A stretch of DNA of 64,000 nt from contig NC_091985.1 in NCBI RefSeq assembly GCF_044704955.1, positions 36,394,001 through 36,458,000 of the forward strand. Direction: 5' to 3'. Below the pieces are notes generated by a model. That model worked only from the letters and a program-made list of their open reading frames with translations. It was not told the origin of the DNA and searched no databases. Every line of letters starts with the position of its first letter. Position 1 is the first letter of the stretch. This DNA is from Pristiophorus japonicus. Lineage: Eukaryota. This document shows, piece after piece, positions 50,931 through 64,000 of the stretch. Made by a program: the position numbers and the translations under genes.

Positions 50931-52594
50931 GATCAAATTTCCTCTTCAATGTTGTGATACCTCTGTTTTAAAAGACTCGTGTTGACATATTCCAAATTCT
51001 ATTCACCAGTTGTGAAAGAGTTTTCTAGCCTCACTTTGTAGTTGTAATACTAATCCTAAAGTTATGCCCATTTGTTATTGATTCACCAGTGAAAATATCT
51101 CTCTATCTACTCACCCAAAGGCTTCCAAAATTTTGAACACACTCACACGTTGACCCAAAGTGCCAAATGATGATACAATATGCATCATCACAAGATAACC
51201 AATTCTGAACCAAAGCCGACCTCTGGCTTTATTGAAGCAAGAAACAAGACAGAATTTACAGAACCCAGCAAGTTGTACTGGTTTTATTTGTACTACGTTG
51301 CCCAATTTATTTTGGAACTCAAGATTATCACATTAGTAGAATTCACTTGTTGACTGCATAAATACCGAAACTGAATTAAAGTTAAAGAAAGCAGATGATG
51401 TAGAAAGACCTTGTTCCACATTATGGTAGGATGTCATTTTATGTCTGTGACTTACTGCAGTGCATTTCTGATCTCAACTAAGCTTGGGAAGCCAGAATAT
51501 CGCTGATCAGGAAAATTAAAATGGAAAGTGAGCTGATGCTTGAAACATTAAATTTTTGCTGATCATATTGATAGGATAGCAACTTAGGCAAAGAACATAG
51601 AGCAGATACGAATCTTATCTGCCTCATACATATGGTACCCCAAAATAGTAAGAATGAGAATTACTCAAAATAAGTATAAGCTATGATAGAGAGAAAATAT
51701 AGTAAATGTTGAACAAAATGTATTTAGCTAGAGAACAAAAATTACTGAGATAAAAGGTTTGATTAAATTTTTTGTCTATATTTTCCAAAGCATGTCAGTG
51801 CACTTTTCACACAACCACCATATACACAAGTTCAGATAACTCAGTTACCAAACTCTAGATCATAAAGGTCCTTTGAACTCCAGCAGGGTTCATCCTTCCA
51901 AAATGAATGAAATCAGCACATGATGTTAGGATGTGGGAGAAAACAGCAGACTGCTGGAACTACGCAGTACATGTCACACTGGTACAGGACCTCCTGGCTA
52001 TATGGCAATGGAAAATCAATCAATCAATGCCGTACACAATAGAAATCAACCGTCACAGGTTACATAGAATGTACAGCATAGAAACAGGCCACTCGGCCCA
52101 ACTGATCCATGCCAGTTTTTATATTCCACATGAGCCAGCCTAACTCTGTTAGCTTCAGAGATCAAATGGGATCATGTAATCTACTCCTCTCAGTACACAC
52201 ACAGTTTAGAAGATTGGTGGAAATGTAACATTCTTAACTCATTTTAAGAATTCAAATGAACTCTCCATAATACATAGAATAAATCAATGGGGAATAAAAA
52301 CATTTAAGTTGGGTGGAAAATTCTGTGACTACCAAAAGATCCAAACAGAATTATTAGATGCATTATTGTGACCAGACATAAATAAAAGCCTCACTAATTC
52401 CAGAATAATACATTTCCAAAAGATGTATTAGCTCATTCTCTTTTTGTAATGAAAATTTAACTAAAAAACAATTCTCTCTCTACCTTGGAGAGAGGATTCA
52501 TTTGGTCTCTCTTTCTTGCTTTTCTCACTATTGTGTTTTACACTGGTGATATATACTAACATTGGACTTAACTGGTTTTGGCAAAGGGTATCAA

Positions 52595-53100
52595 CAACAA
52601 TAACTTGTATTTATATTGTACCTTTAATGTAGTGAAATGTCCCAAGGCGCTTCACAGAAGTATTGATATAAACAATTTGACACTGAGCCGCCCAAGTATA
52701 AATTAGCGCAGGTGACCAAAGATGTATGTTTTAAGGAGCATTTTGAAGGAGGAAAGAGAGGCGGAGAGGTTTAGGCAGTAAGTTCCAGAGCTTGGGGCCT
52801 AGGCAACAGAAGGCAGCGCCATGAATGGTTGAGTGATTATAATCAGGGGTACTCAAGAGGGCACAAGGAGGATGAGAATTTTGAAATTGAGGCATTGCTT
52901 AACCGGAAGCCAATGTAGGTCAGCGAGCACAGGGGTGATGGGTGAGTGGGACTTGGTGAGAGTTAGGACACAGGCAGCCAAGTTTTGTATCACCTCTAGT
53001 TTACGTAGGTTAGAATGTGGGAGGCTAGACAGGAGCGCGTTGGAATAGTCAAGTCTAGAGGTAACAAAGGCATGGATGAGGGCTTCAGCAGCGGATGTGC
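52595..53100 (-). mobile_element. L2 3' fragment
   Basis: LIHAFVTSRLDYSNALL...LHWLPV. Confidence 0.85.
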
Positions 53101-55142
53101 TGCTGAAGCCCTCATCAAATCTCACACTAATTTCACCCCAGAACATTTACTACAAAATCAATTTCAATGCTTCAAAAGAATCAAAGAAAGATATCATCTA
53201 TTGACAGATATTAGAAGTTAGATTGTATGTAAAACTCGCTTATAAATGATAGAAAATGGCCGTATAACATAAAATGGGTTTTAAATTGGAGAAAGGCTGA
53301 GAAGCAAAGCTTGAGATAACAAAGAACATCAGGTTCTGCTAAGCTCGATATACCTCATCAGTAGAAAGGCAGTATATCTTGAGAATGTTTCGGCTGATGG
53401 GAGGTACGGAGATTAATGGGACTGCCTAGGAGATGGAACGTACCCTTTTCAAGGTTTCAAAGCTCGGACATTGAAAACATGATATACCAGGACGCATTTT
53501 ACTAGTTTGCCACGTTGGCACAAAAACGGTACAAAGAAAGCAACTCTTCTACTCAGAAGGCAGTGCAAATCAAGGAAGAAAAAATCTTCAGAAGGAAAAG
53601 AAGATAAGGAGTCAGTACTGCGGTCAGCTCAAGAGGATGCTATCGAGAATCCGGCTGTGACCATCATTTGTTAAGTATTACTTTTTGTAACAGAACATAA
53701 TTTACTTGATATATCTGTTGTTTTTACTCAATATACCTGTATTAAAACCATGTGTTATAATCTGAACAAGAGTCTCTTAGTTTGAATTAAATATAAACCC
53801 TGAGAATAGTTGAATTGCTATAATTAGCAAAGTGACAAAAAGCTGCTAAGTAGTTAAAAACTACATACTTATACATAAAATAGATTGCATACTAATAATT
53901 GGTCATTTAAACAAAACAACTATAATGTGGCCATTTTACATCATTCTTCATTTTGAACATTCCTGTATATTTGAATTATGTCAGAAACAACTACGACTTG
54001 ATGACAGCGAACTGGCAATATTTGCCTTTGAAACATAGAAAATAGGTGCAGGAGTGGGCCATTCGGCCCTGACCGCAATTTCAGAATTTAGTGCATGCGC
54101 AGCCTAGAGCAGAAATCCCGAAGTTGCGGTCTGTCATTCACTGCTCCTCCACAAACTACCCCCCAGAGTTGGCAATCAGTGTAATCTCTCAAATCAAAGA
54201 AACTGATGAAAACTTTGGCTCTTCCGCGGTAATACCACAGTAAAATAACCCCATTAAAAGTTAGAGCCTTTTGGATTAGGTATAACTGTGGTTTTAACAG
54301 CATATTGACTGCTAACAAAGTTTATGGCTCTGAAAAACTAATTTTAATTTTGTGCAATGTCAAATTTAGCCATTTTAACAAAAATTAAAATTGTGTGTTG
54401 ATTTCAATTACGCGACGGAAAAGCCGAATATTGCGTCACAGAGGTAGCAAGATCTTTTTGAGAAGCTTACTTTAAGACTTTGCTTCACCGCTGAATGCAA
54501 ATTACGGGCCTATATATTGTATTACTTAGATGGCGGGAAGTTAAAAATAAATCAGTGAGTTATGTATGATTAATTTTATGTTCATTAAGTTGACAGATGT
54601 TACGGTTAGCAAATAGAGCACTTCATCTAAAGTCACTATGGCTCTTCCAGATCAGATGTGGCCGGGGGGGGGGGGGGGGGGGGAGCATACAGAAAGACCC
54701 TTTTATTCTTTCTTACTCTCCTTCAACCTCAGTCTCAGAAGAACGCCCTTACTCCAGCAGCTGGCATATCCATTTATCACATCAGCTATCCTTGTGCATT
54801 CCAAAGTGGAAAGAGGAAGAATATACAAGGAATAAACTTATAATGTGGGACAGATACAAAAAGGTATAGGTTAATAATCATTATAGACTCTAACTACTGG
54901 AAACAGTCTGTCCTATCAATCCAATCAATTATTTCATAATTTTAAACATAATGTATGTTATTCTAAGGAAAAAAAGCCCCAATTTTTCAGGGCTTTCTTC
55001 ATATTTGTGTATCAGGCAGAATTCTAGCAAATCTACACTGTATCTTCTCTAAAGTCATGAGATTTTCAAAAACTTCATACTGTAGGTTTCAAGTCAAAAT
55101 TATTGCATAGAAGAGGCAATACCACACACAAGTAAATATTAC

Positions 55143-56662
55143 CTGTAGAGTGCTACATAATATCGATTGGATATGGCTTGTTGCGAGTCCATCACCTGAT
55201 ATAGTAACATTAGTGCCTGGACACTTGTGGTGAAGTTCACAACATGTACAACCCTGAACAAAGTATCCATTTGTCCCATTATCTTTTCATCGTCCGTCTT
55301 GGAATAAGGAAAAGCTCGATTGACACCCGACAGCAATGCACTTAGCATTTTAGAGTCTAGTTCTGCCTTTTTAACATAGGCATGGAAAAATGAAAAGTAA
55401 ACAGCTATTAGTTTTCCAGCAAGATCACTCTCTTCATGGCTCAAGACCATTTGGTTGAGAAAGCAAATGGCATAGTACTGGGCTTTCGGATTGATGTTAG
55501 GCCTGTACAAAAGTCGCTCAACTTCATAGCACACAACAGTTTTCATATTGGGATGCTTATGGAGCAAAGTTTCCAAAAGATAAGAGGCTTTTGTGGCCAA
55601 TTTATATTGTGGGTCTCCTAACTTATTCACTAACTGGATCAGCAGGGCTTTCTCTTGTTCTGGCTTATTGCAGAGCATCTCATGGACTGTTGCCAAGGCA
55701 CGAGCTTTTGTTGCCTGCACAGTGTCATGGGACAAAGTTTCTAATGCCTGCACAAACTCTGCAAAATGATGCTTTAACAGGTGTTCAAAGTACCACAATA
55801 TTAGGCGCTTGTCTCGGGCATCCCTGTTCCCACTGGCAAGCTCCTCCAGGTTTTTAAAGGGATGTTGGGAAAAAGTTCGTAATTTCCGATTGTCTGGGAG
55901 CAGGTCAGACATTAGTAGTTCGGTTAAAGTATTCAAAGCCATTAAGCATTGCCGCCGACTTCCCTTCTTCTTTATTTGGTTGACTAATGCCTCCACAAAG
56001 TGTAGAGTATGCACTGGAGCATCCTGCACCAGAAGTGTCATAGCTGCCATTCTGTCTGCTAACGTGCCTGTTGTGACAACAGTTTTCATCCATGTTGAGT
56101 TTGTTCCTTTTTGCATATTTTTCTTACTCCTGTAAAGATTGGTCTCATGCTCATACAGCTGTTTAGCTAGATTTCTATACTGTGAGACGAATGGTTCATC
56201 TTGCAGCTCAGAGCTGTGCTCACTGGTATACCCCGCATCGTACCACTTTCCTCCTGGCTTTATCAATATGTATGGTTTGGGCTGAAATTCAAAGCTGAGC
56301 TGTTGCTTAGCTTTCTTGCCCAGTAATCCAGATGTACTAGATACTTCGTTATCTTGAATGCGCTTTTTCTTTCCATCCTTGCCAGGCAACTCCTTTTTAT
56401 CACCTTTTCCATCTTGGAATTTCTCTTTCAGTCCCTCATTTTTATTCTTGTCTACTTTCTCTTTCTCCTTTTTTACCTGTTTTTCCTTTTTAGCGTGCTC
56501 TTCATCATTTTCCTCCAGCAGAATTTTGGAGTATTTGCTTATACCTATTTTAGTGATGAAAGCTTGTAATTCACCTTCTTTCAGATCATCTATTGCAGTT
56601 TTTTTTCCACCGTCAACTAGATCTTCATTCTCATTCAAGGAAGACAGCATTACATAGTCAGC
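55143..56662 (-). CDS. CEBPZ: CEBPZ exon 2 (1520 nt)
   Basis: ADYVML...GTLADRMAAMTLLVQDAPVH...PEQEKALLIQLVNKLGDP...HPNMK...SALLSGVNRAFPY...RYYVALY; AG and GT boundaries. Confidence 0.97.
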
Positions 56663-56829
56663 CTGTAGAGAAAAATATATTATGGTTACATAGAAAAGGC
56701 AATACCACACAGAGTGAAGTATTTTACTTCAACCAGGTTCTACTATCCTGGCACAATTACGTGAATAGTAATATTTATAACAAAATTGTTACTTTAAGGC
56801 AGAAATACTGGGATTAAAATACACGCAAC

Positions 56830-57185
56830 GCAAACAATTTGCATTTCTGTAGCACCTTTCATGTAGTAAAACACCACAAGGTGCTTCATAGGAGCATTAT
56901 CAGACAAAATTTGACACCGAGCAACATAAGGAGACATTAAGACAGGTGACCAAAGAGCTTGGTCAAAGAGGGAGGTTTTAAGGACCGTCTTAAAGAAGAA
57001 AGAGTTACAGAGATGGAGAGGTTCAAGGAGGGAATTCCAGAGCTTACGGTTTAAACAGTTGAAGGCATGACTGCTAATGGAGGGGTGAAAGAAATCAGGG
57101 AAGCACAAAAGGCCAAAATTGGAGGAACGTAGAGTTTTCTGAGGGTTGTAGGGCTGGAGAAGGCCATGAAGTGATTTGAACACCA
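56830..57185 (-). mobile_element. L2 3' fragment
   Basis: FKSLHGL...LWNSL...FKTVLKTSLF plus L2-type tail. Confidence 0.8.
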
Positions 57186-58869
57186 GAAACTACAAAAAAA
57201 TCAAGAAGATTGCACATCTTTTGTATACACAGGAGTGTTATAGCTTTGTAAAACTGTTTCACAGCATTTTTTTTTCAGTAAAGTCTGTCATTTTGAATCA
57301 ATTGGCTGAGCAGACTCCAGCTGGGTGTTCCAGCCATCTGCAATCTGACCTATTTCCCACAGAGCAGAGCAATGGTTTCAGTATTGCATTGATCAGTGTA
57401 CTTGTATCAAAGACAGCATAGAGGCAGTTGGCACTGGCTAGGTAGAGTACCACAATTTAAAAAAGCCTTCAGGAGGCATGATAGCACATACGAATTTAGT
57501 GAACAAAATTTCAGAATACTATTCCTTCAACTATATATAATCTATTAATTACAATATAATACAGTATAGTTAACATTGAACTGCACAAAAATAAAATATT
57601 CTTCTTAAAAGATAAAGGAGCAATCCGAAACTTATTTGAGGAATGGGGACAATACAGATCAGCAAGGACAACTGATAGGCAAATGGGACTTGATAGGGTT
57701 AGACGAAGAAGGGTGGGGGGAGACTTGGTGGAGCATAAATACCAACTTAGACCTGTTGGGCAAATGGCCTGTTTCTCTACTGTAAATAACTGTTGGCTAA
57801 AAAAAAAGTTAAATCCCAGTCTTTTCATTTACTAGGCATACTATCTTAAAACACCACAAGTTGAGAGGCTGTAGCTATAGATTCCTGATGACCTGGGAAC
57901 AGCTTCGGTCTTAAAGGAGTTGCAATTTCCTCCAGTCAAACATTGGAAAAACTGAAGCCATTGTTTTAAGCTCTTACAACAAACTCTGTACCTTTAATAC
58001 TGACTTCACCGCCATCCCTGACCATTGTCCCAGAATGTCCACATCCCCAATGTCCTATTTCACCCCAAGTTCAGCTTCCAACTCATTTCCTTGCCATCAC
58101 AAAGACCATCAGCTTCCACCTCCACAACACTGCTTGCCTCCACTCCTATCTCATCCCATTTGCTGCTGGAACCATCATCCATGCCATTGCCACCTCCAGA
58201 CAAGATCCCAATATTCTCTTGACCAGGATCGCATCCTCCAGCCCCCTACCCTCAATAAACTACTGCTTATCCAAATTCTGCTGCTCGTATCTTATCCCAA
58301 ACCAAGTCCCACATGCCTATTACCTGCCCTTGCTGATCAATATTGTCCCCCACCCCCTCAAATGTAAAATTTCCAACCTGGTGTTTAAATCCTTTCATGG
58401 TCTCGCTTCCCTTCCATCTCCAATCTCTTCCAGTCCTAGTAACCCCCCACAAAACTCTCCACTCTTCCGACTACAGCCTCTTGTGATTCCCTTTCTCCTC
58501 ACCACTGATGGCCATGTCTTCAGCTGCCTGGGTGCCACGCTCCAAAATTTCCTCCCTCAACCAGTTATCTCCTTCAAGACCTCTCCCCAGCCATGCTCAG
58601 CTTTGGTCAGATGGTTGGAAATTTTACCAGGGAGCACTCCTGGACCTGATGAGCACTGTTTGTATACTCAGGTCCAGTAATGAATAGGGTAACTGAGGGT
58701 GGACACTCCAGCTACCTGCCCTCAAGAGAGCTGCCACACACCAAAGTGATACCAGAGGATATGAACACATTTGCTTGGAGCTTCCTACCACCGGTGGGCA
58801 TTCAGGAGGATGCTCATGAGAGTTTGGTGCGACTGATCGATTCAAAATATGTGCCTGGGAAATAGACAA

Positions 58870-60425
58870 AAAGAAAAAGACTTGCATTTATATAGCAGCT
58901 TTCACGACCACGAGACGTCCCAAAATGCTTTACAGCCAATGAGGTCATTTTTTTTTTGCAGTGTAATCACTGTTGTAATGTTGGAAATTCAGTAGCCAAT
59001 TTGCCCACAGCAAGCTCTGACAAACAGCAATGTGATAATGACCAGATAATCTGTTTTTTGGGGGATAAATATTGGCCAGGACACCGTAGATAACCCCCCC
59101 CTGCTCTTGGCCATGGGATCTTTTACATCCACCCGAGAGCAGTCAGGGTCTAGCTTTAACGTCTCATCCGAAAGATGGCACCTCCGACAGAGCAGCGTTC
59201 TCCCTCAGCACTACACTGGGAGTTTCAGTCTGGATGTTTGTGTTCAAGTCTCTGGAGTGGGGCTTAGAAACATAGAAAATAGGTGAAGTAGGCCATTCGG
59301 CCCTTCGAGCCTGCACCACCATTCAATATGATCATGGCTGATCATGCAATTTCACTACCCCATTCCTGCTTTCTCTCCATACTCCTTGATCCCTTTAGCC
59401 GTAAGGGTCACATCTAACTCCCTTTTGAATATATCGAACGAACTAGCCTCAACAACTTTCTGTGGTAGAGAATTCCACAGGTTCACAATTCTCAGTGAAG
59501 TTTCTCCTCATCTCAGTCCTAAATGGCTTACCCCTTATCCTAAGACTGTGACCCCTGATTCTGGACTTCCCCAACATCAGGAACATTCTTCCTGCATCTA
59601 ACCTGTCCAATCCCGTCAGAATTTCATATGTTTCTATGAGATCCCCTCTCATTCTTCTAAATTCCAGTGAATTTAAGCCTAGTCGATCCAGTCTTTCTTC
59701 ATATGTCAGTCCTGCCACACCAGGAATCAGTCTGGTGAACCTTCACTGCACTCCCTCAATAGCAAGAATGTCCTTCCTCAGATTAGGAGACCAAAACTGT
59801 ACACAATATTCAAGGTGTGGCCTCACCAAGGCCCTGTACAACTGCAGTAAGACCTCCCTGCTCCTATACTCAAATCCTCTCGCTAAGAAAACCAACATAC
59901 CATTTGCCACCTTCACCACCTGTTGTACCTGCATGCCAACCTTCAATGACTGATGTACCATGACACCCAAGTCTCATTGCACCTCCCCTTTTCCTAATCT
60001 GTCACCATTCAGATAATATTCTGCCTTCCTGTTTTTGCCACCAAAGTGGAGAACCTCACATTTATCCACATTATACTGCATCTGCCATGCATTTGCCCAC
60101 TCACCTAACCTGTCCAAGTCACCCTGCAGCCCCTTAGCATCTTCCTCACAGCTCACACTGCCACTCAACTTAGTATCATCTGCAAACTTGGAGATATTAC
60201 ATTCAATTCCTTCATCTAAATCATTAATGTATATTGTAAATAGCTGGGATCCCAGCACTGAACCTTGCGGTACCCTGCTAGTCACTTCCTGCTATTCTGA
60301 AAAGGACTCATTTATTCCCACTCCAAAGATCTGACTAATTTCAAGTGATGTAATGACATCGCCTTGTGCTCCTTGAACCCACAACCTTCCGACTCAGAGA
60401 GGCGAGGGTGCTACCCACTGAACCA
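58870..60425 (-). mobile_element. tRNA-headed Deu-domain SINE (SacSINE1-like) split by a CR1
   Basis: Head at 60372-60425 with A/B-box-like sequence (gtggttcagtggg...ggttcaag on -); body and tail at 58870-59264. Confidence 0.75.
59265..60323 (-). mobile_element. CR1 RT and 3' fragment in CEBPZ intron 1
   Basis: [23 protein letters not shown]; reverse tail. Confidence 0.92.
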
Positions 60426-60650
60426 CACGTTATAAAAGTGCCTGGTGCGGCGCTGGAACTGACAGAACTCAAGTCTCCCTTCCTCTGCCCAGCTCACTGT
60501 CGACCCAGCAGCTCATCATCCCACGTGTGTAGAGGGCCGCCGCCGCCGCCTCCTCCTCCATCTCCAGTGCCAGACAGCGAACTGGAGCCTCGCCCGGTTG
60601 CCAACGTGTGTCGCATTCCTTTCTTCCCTCTGTTCCTGCCTCTCTTGTAC

Positions 60651-60788
60651 CTTGGTCCCTCCGAGCCGCAGCACCTCGCCCAACGTGAACCCATCGTCCG
60701 TGCCCTCATCCTCCTTCTCCTCCGACTCCTCGTCACCCTCCGCCTCGAGACCCTCTTCAAAAAGCGGCTCGAGCTCCTCCGCCGCCAT
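60651..60788 (-). CDS. CEBPZ: CEBPZ exon 1 (CCAAT/enhancer-binding protein zeta, NOC1/MAK21 homologue)
   Basis: ATG in CAAGATGG context; MAAEELEPLF...FTLGEVLRLGGTK resembles the vertebrate CEBPZ N-terminus; GT donor at 60650. Confidence 0.93.
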
Positions 60789-61161
60789 CTTGCCAGCTGC
60801 TGCGCCGCCAGTACGCGTGCGCAGTTCAAGCTACGCCAGATGGACAAACCCAATAATATATATTTTTTAACAATTAAATTACAACGGATTAACACCAAAA
60901 CACATCTTGAAGTTTTTACAAGGATTAAATTAAGATTAAATATTGCAATCCTGTTAGTTCCCTAAAATATATCGTTTGTTGGTCTGCCAGAATAGCACTC
61001 TTTACCTATCGATTAGGACCCTGGGAGGGGGAGGCTGTGATATGATTGGTTGAGGGCCAAAGGTTGCTCACGTGGGCAGCGAACCCTCTTGACAAGCAGG
61101 AGGTAGTAGTGGGGGTCGCTGCGTTTCATTCAGATTAGATGGAGGAATAATTTAATCGAAC
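60781..61161. promoter_or_regulatory. Bidirectional CEBPZ/NDUFAF7 promoter
   Basis: Divergent ATGs 373 bp apart; YY1 consensus CAAGATGGCGGC (- strand, 60781-60792), NRF1-like GCGTGCGCA near 60815, CCAAT (ATTGG 61045-61049), E-box CACGTG 61069-61074. Confidence 0.8.
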
Positions 61162-61237
61162 ATGATGAGTTTCCTTCTAGGATTAAAGTGTTTATGCAGC
61201 CGAATTTCCCACGATTTTTCTAGAAAAGGCTCTGCAG
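61162..61237 (+). CDS. NDUFAF7: NDUFAF7 exon 1 (mitochondrial targeting peptide-like)
   Basis: MMSFLLGLKCLCSRISHDFSRKGSA then CAG|GT donor; phase 1 fits exon 2. Confidence 0.72.
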
Positions 61238-61730
61238 GTATTTATTGTGGAGTGAAGCGCCAGGTTGCAGAGTTGCCCAAGTGTCAGTCATTAGTCTTTC
61301 TGCTTTAAGCGTGACTTATCCTGAATCTTGTATTGCTTTTCAAATAAATAACTCCACGTGTTTAATTACAATCTTACTGCTTGTATCTATCATTCTGATT
61401 ATTTCCTGGTCGTGGAAAGCTCTGGATATATGTCTATTAAAAGGAGGGCAGTTGATTCAATAATTATTTTGCCCTTAACGTTTAGAGTTAGGTTAAGCAG
61501 AATATGTCAGTCCTTCCAGTCTCAAAATAAAACGATGCCTTTTCTAGCATTTGAAATAAAGTAAAACTAGTGATGTTCTAGATTCTTCTCCCCATATTTC
61601 CCCACATTGTGAGACTCCGATCCTTTTAACATACTGTAAATTGCGGCATAGACTTAAGTTGTCGCATTAATAAAATCTGTGTTGTGTATAACTGGAACGC
61701 TGCTTCAATCTCCTGTTCCATTTCTTGCAG

Positions 61731-61906
61731 TGTGTGGAAGAGTATGTGCAGATCAATGGATGAGGTTATGCTCCAGAACACCAGAAAGTACAAAAGAAAG
61801 TGACCATGATAGTCTGATGCTGAAGCATCTGATTTCAAAAATAAAGTCAACGGGCCCAATCTCAGTAGCAGAATATATGAGGGAAGTTTTAACCAATCCT
61901 TTCACA
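61731..61906 (+). CDS. NDUFAF7: NDUFAF7 exon 2 (complex I assembly arginine methyltransferase, MidA family)
   Basis: MLKHLISKIKSTGPISVAEYMREVLTNP motif; AG/GT. Confidence 0.93.
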
Positions 61907-62101
61907 GTACGTAATTCATCATTGACTGTTAAAAATTGCTACCTTTGGAATAGACTGATATTTTAATTGTTAATTTAGACCTATATTTATAGTTGCTGAT
62001 CAATGTTCTGCTCCTATAACTAACATACCGTATATGTCTGTTTTTAAAAAAACCTTAATTATGTAAATCAGCAAAGTGTTTTAATGGGCATTGTTAATTG
62101 A

Positions 62102-62215
<114 letters not shown>

Positions 62216-62237
62216 TAAGTGTGCTGTGTAACTTGTT

Positions 62238-63790
62238 ATAAGAACATAAGAAATAGGAGCAGGAGTAGGCCATGTGGCCTCTCGACCCTGCTCTGCCATT
62301 CAATAAGATCATGGCTGATCTGATCATGGACTCAGCTCCACTTCACTGCCCACTCCCCATAACTCTTTACTCCCTTATTGCTCAAGAATCTGTCTATCTC
62401 CACCTTAAATATATTCAATGAGCCAGCCTCTACAGCTCTCTGGGGCAGAGAATTCCATTGATTTACAGCCCTTTAAGAGAAGAAATTCCTCCTCATCTCA
62501 GTTTTAAATGTGCGGCCCCTTATTCCTAGGCTATGTCCCCTAGTTTTAGTTTCCCCTAAGAGTGGAAATATCCTCTCTGTATCCACCTTGTCGATCCCCC
62601 TCATTATCTTATAAGTTTCAATAAGATCACCTCTCATTCTTCTGAACTCCAATGTGTATAAGCACAACCTACTCAACCTATCCTCATAAGTCAACCCCCT
62701 CACCTCCGGAATCAACCTAGTGAAGCTTCTCTGAACAGCCTCCAATGCAAGTATATCCTTCCTTGAATACGGAGACCAGAACTGTACGCAGTACTCTTGG
62801 TGTGGCCTCACCAATACCCTGTACAGTTGTAGCAGGACTTTTCTGCTTTTATACTCTATCCCCCTTGCAATAAAGGCCAACATTCTATTTGCCTTCCTGA
62901 TTACTCGCTGTACCTGGACATTAACTTTTTGTGTTTCATGCACAAGAACCCCCAGGTCTCTCTGTACTGCAGCACTTTGTATTTTTTTCTCCATTTAAAT
63001 TATAATTTGCTTTTCTATTATTTCTGCCAAAGTGGATAACTTCATATTTTCGCCAAATTTTTGCCTACTCACTTAGCCTGTCTATATCCCTTTGCAGATT
63101 TTTTGTGTCCTCCTCACAATTTGCTTTCCCGTCCATCTTTGTATCATCAGCAAACCTGACTACATTACACTCAGTCCCTTCATCCAAATCATTAATATAG
63201 ATTGTAAATAGTTGAGGACCCAACACCGATCCCTGCGGCACCCCACTAGTCACTGTTTGCCAACCGGAAAATGACCCATTAATCATGACTCTCTCTTTTC
63301 TATTAGTTAGCCAATGCTCTATCCATACTAATATATTACCCCCAACTCCGTGAGCACTTATCTTGTACAGTAACCTCTTATGTGGCACCTTATCGAATGC
63401 CTTCTGGAAATCCAAATACACCACATCCACTCGTCCCCCCTTATCCACCCTGCTCATTACATCCTCAAAGAACTCCAGCAAATTTGTCAAACATGATTTC
63501 CCTTTCATAAAACCATGTTGAGTCTGCTTGATTGAATCATGCTTTTCCAAATGTCCCGCTACTGTTTCCTTAATAATGGACTCTAGCATTTTCCCAATGC
63601 CTGATGTTAGGCTAACTGGTCTATAGTTTCCTTTTTGTCTGCCTCCTTTTTTAAATAGGGGCGTTACATTTGCGGTTTTCCAATCTGCTGGGACCGCCCC
63701 AGAATCCAGGGAATTTTGGTAGATTACAACCAGTGCATCCACTATCTCTGCAGCCACTTCTCAAGACCCTAGGATGCAAGGCATCAGGTT
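62238..63790 (-). mobile_element. CR1 RT and 3' end in NDUFAF7 intron 3
   Basis: ORFs 62473-62994 and 63065-63757; (CATAAGAA)n reverse tail. Confidence 0.93.
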
Positions 63791-64000
63791 CTGTATGGCT
63801 CTGTTAGAACCCTGAAAAATCAAAACAAAGTTATTTTCCCACTATATCTTTCACAAAATGGATATTGACCATTATTAAAACTATTTGATTATAATAAAGC
63901 AGGATCTAGTTGGAACATTTGAGATGGTAGCCTGTTATGGAATGGCCAACAGTGTATGCACTACTAAAATGGACTGGTATAAATTGTATGCATATTATGG

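Noticed and set aside
56663-56710. N-terminal MWYCLF... extension of the 523-aa ORF
   Set aside because: Intronic pyrimidine tract upstream of the exon 2 acceptor
57884-57915. CTGATGA followed by a short stem, as a second hammerhead
   Set aside because: No GAAA box at the required position and no stem I
60366-60965. 199-aa + strand ORF and 134-aa - strand ORF around CEBPZ exon 1
   Set aside because: Shadow frames of a GC-rich exon plus a SINE head; low-complexity product with no recognisable domain

Overview
Vertebrate genomic DNA, probably from a cartilaginous fish (shark): this is inferred from the repeat families (abundant CR1 LINEs with octamer tails, Deu-domain SINEs, a Penelope-like end), not from a database search. 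It holds the conserved CEBPZOS(+) / CEBPZ(-) / NDUFAF7(+) cluster. I traced CEBPZ through 16 coding exons with canonical GT-AG junctions and consistent phases (60788 to 24169; 3186 nt, 1061 aa). CEBPZOS has 3 coding exons (82 aa), and its stop lies only 90 nt from the CEBPZ stop. NDUFAF7 exons 1-3 start head-to-head with CEBPZ across a 373-bp bidirectional promoter. The first 18 kb is a nest of retroelements: one CR1 split by another CR1, an RTE and a Gypsy/Mag-like LTR element, which itself contains a second one. The introns carry CR1, L2, RTE and SINE copies, a Tigger-like MITE, solo LTRs and a Penelope-like fragment with a minimal hammerhead ribozyme motif on the CEBPZ sense strand. I found no convincing wholly new biological system. 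The best leads are the intronic hammerhead, the CEBPZ/CEBPZOS 3' overlap and the datable TE nest.
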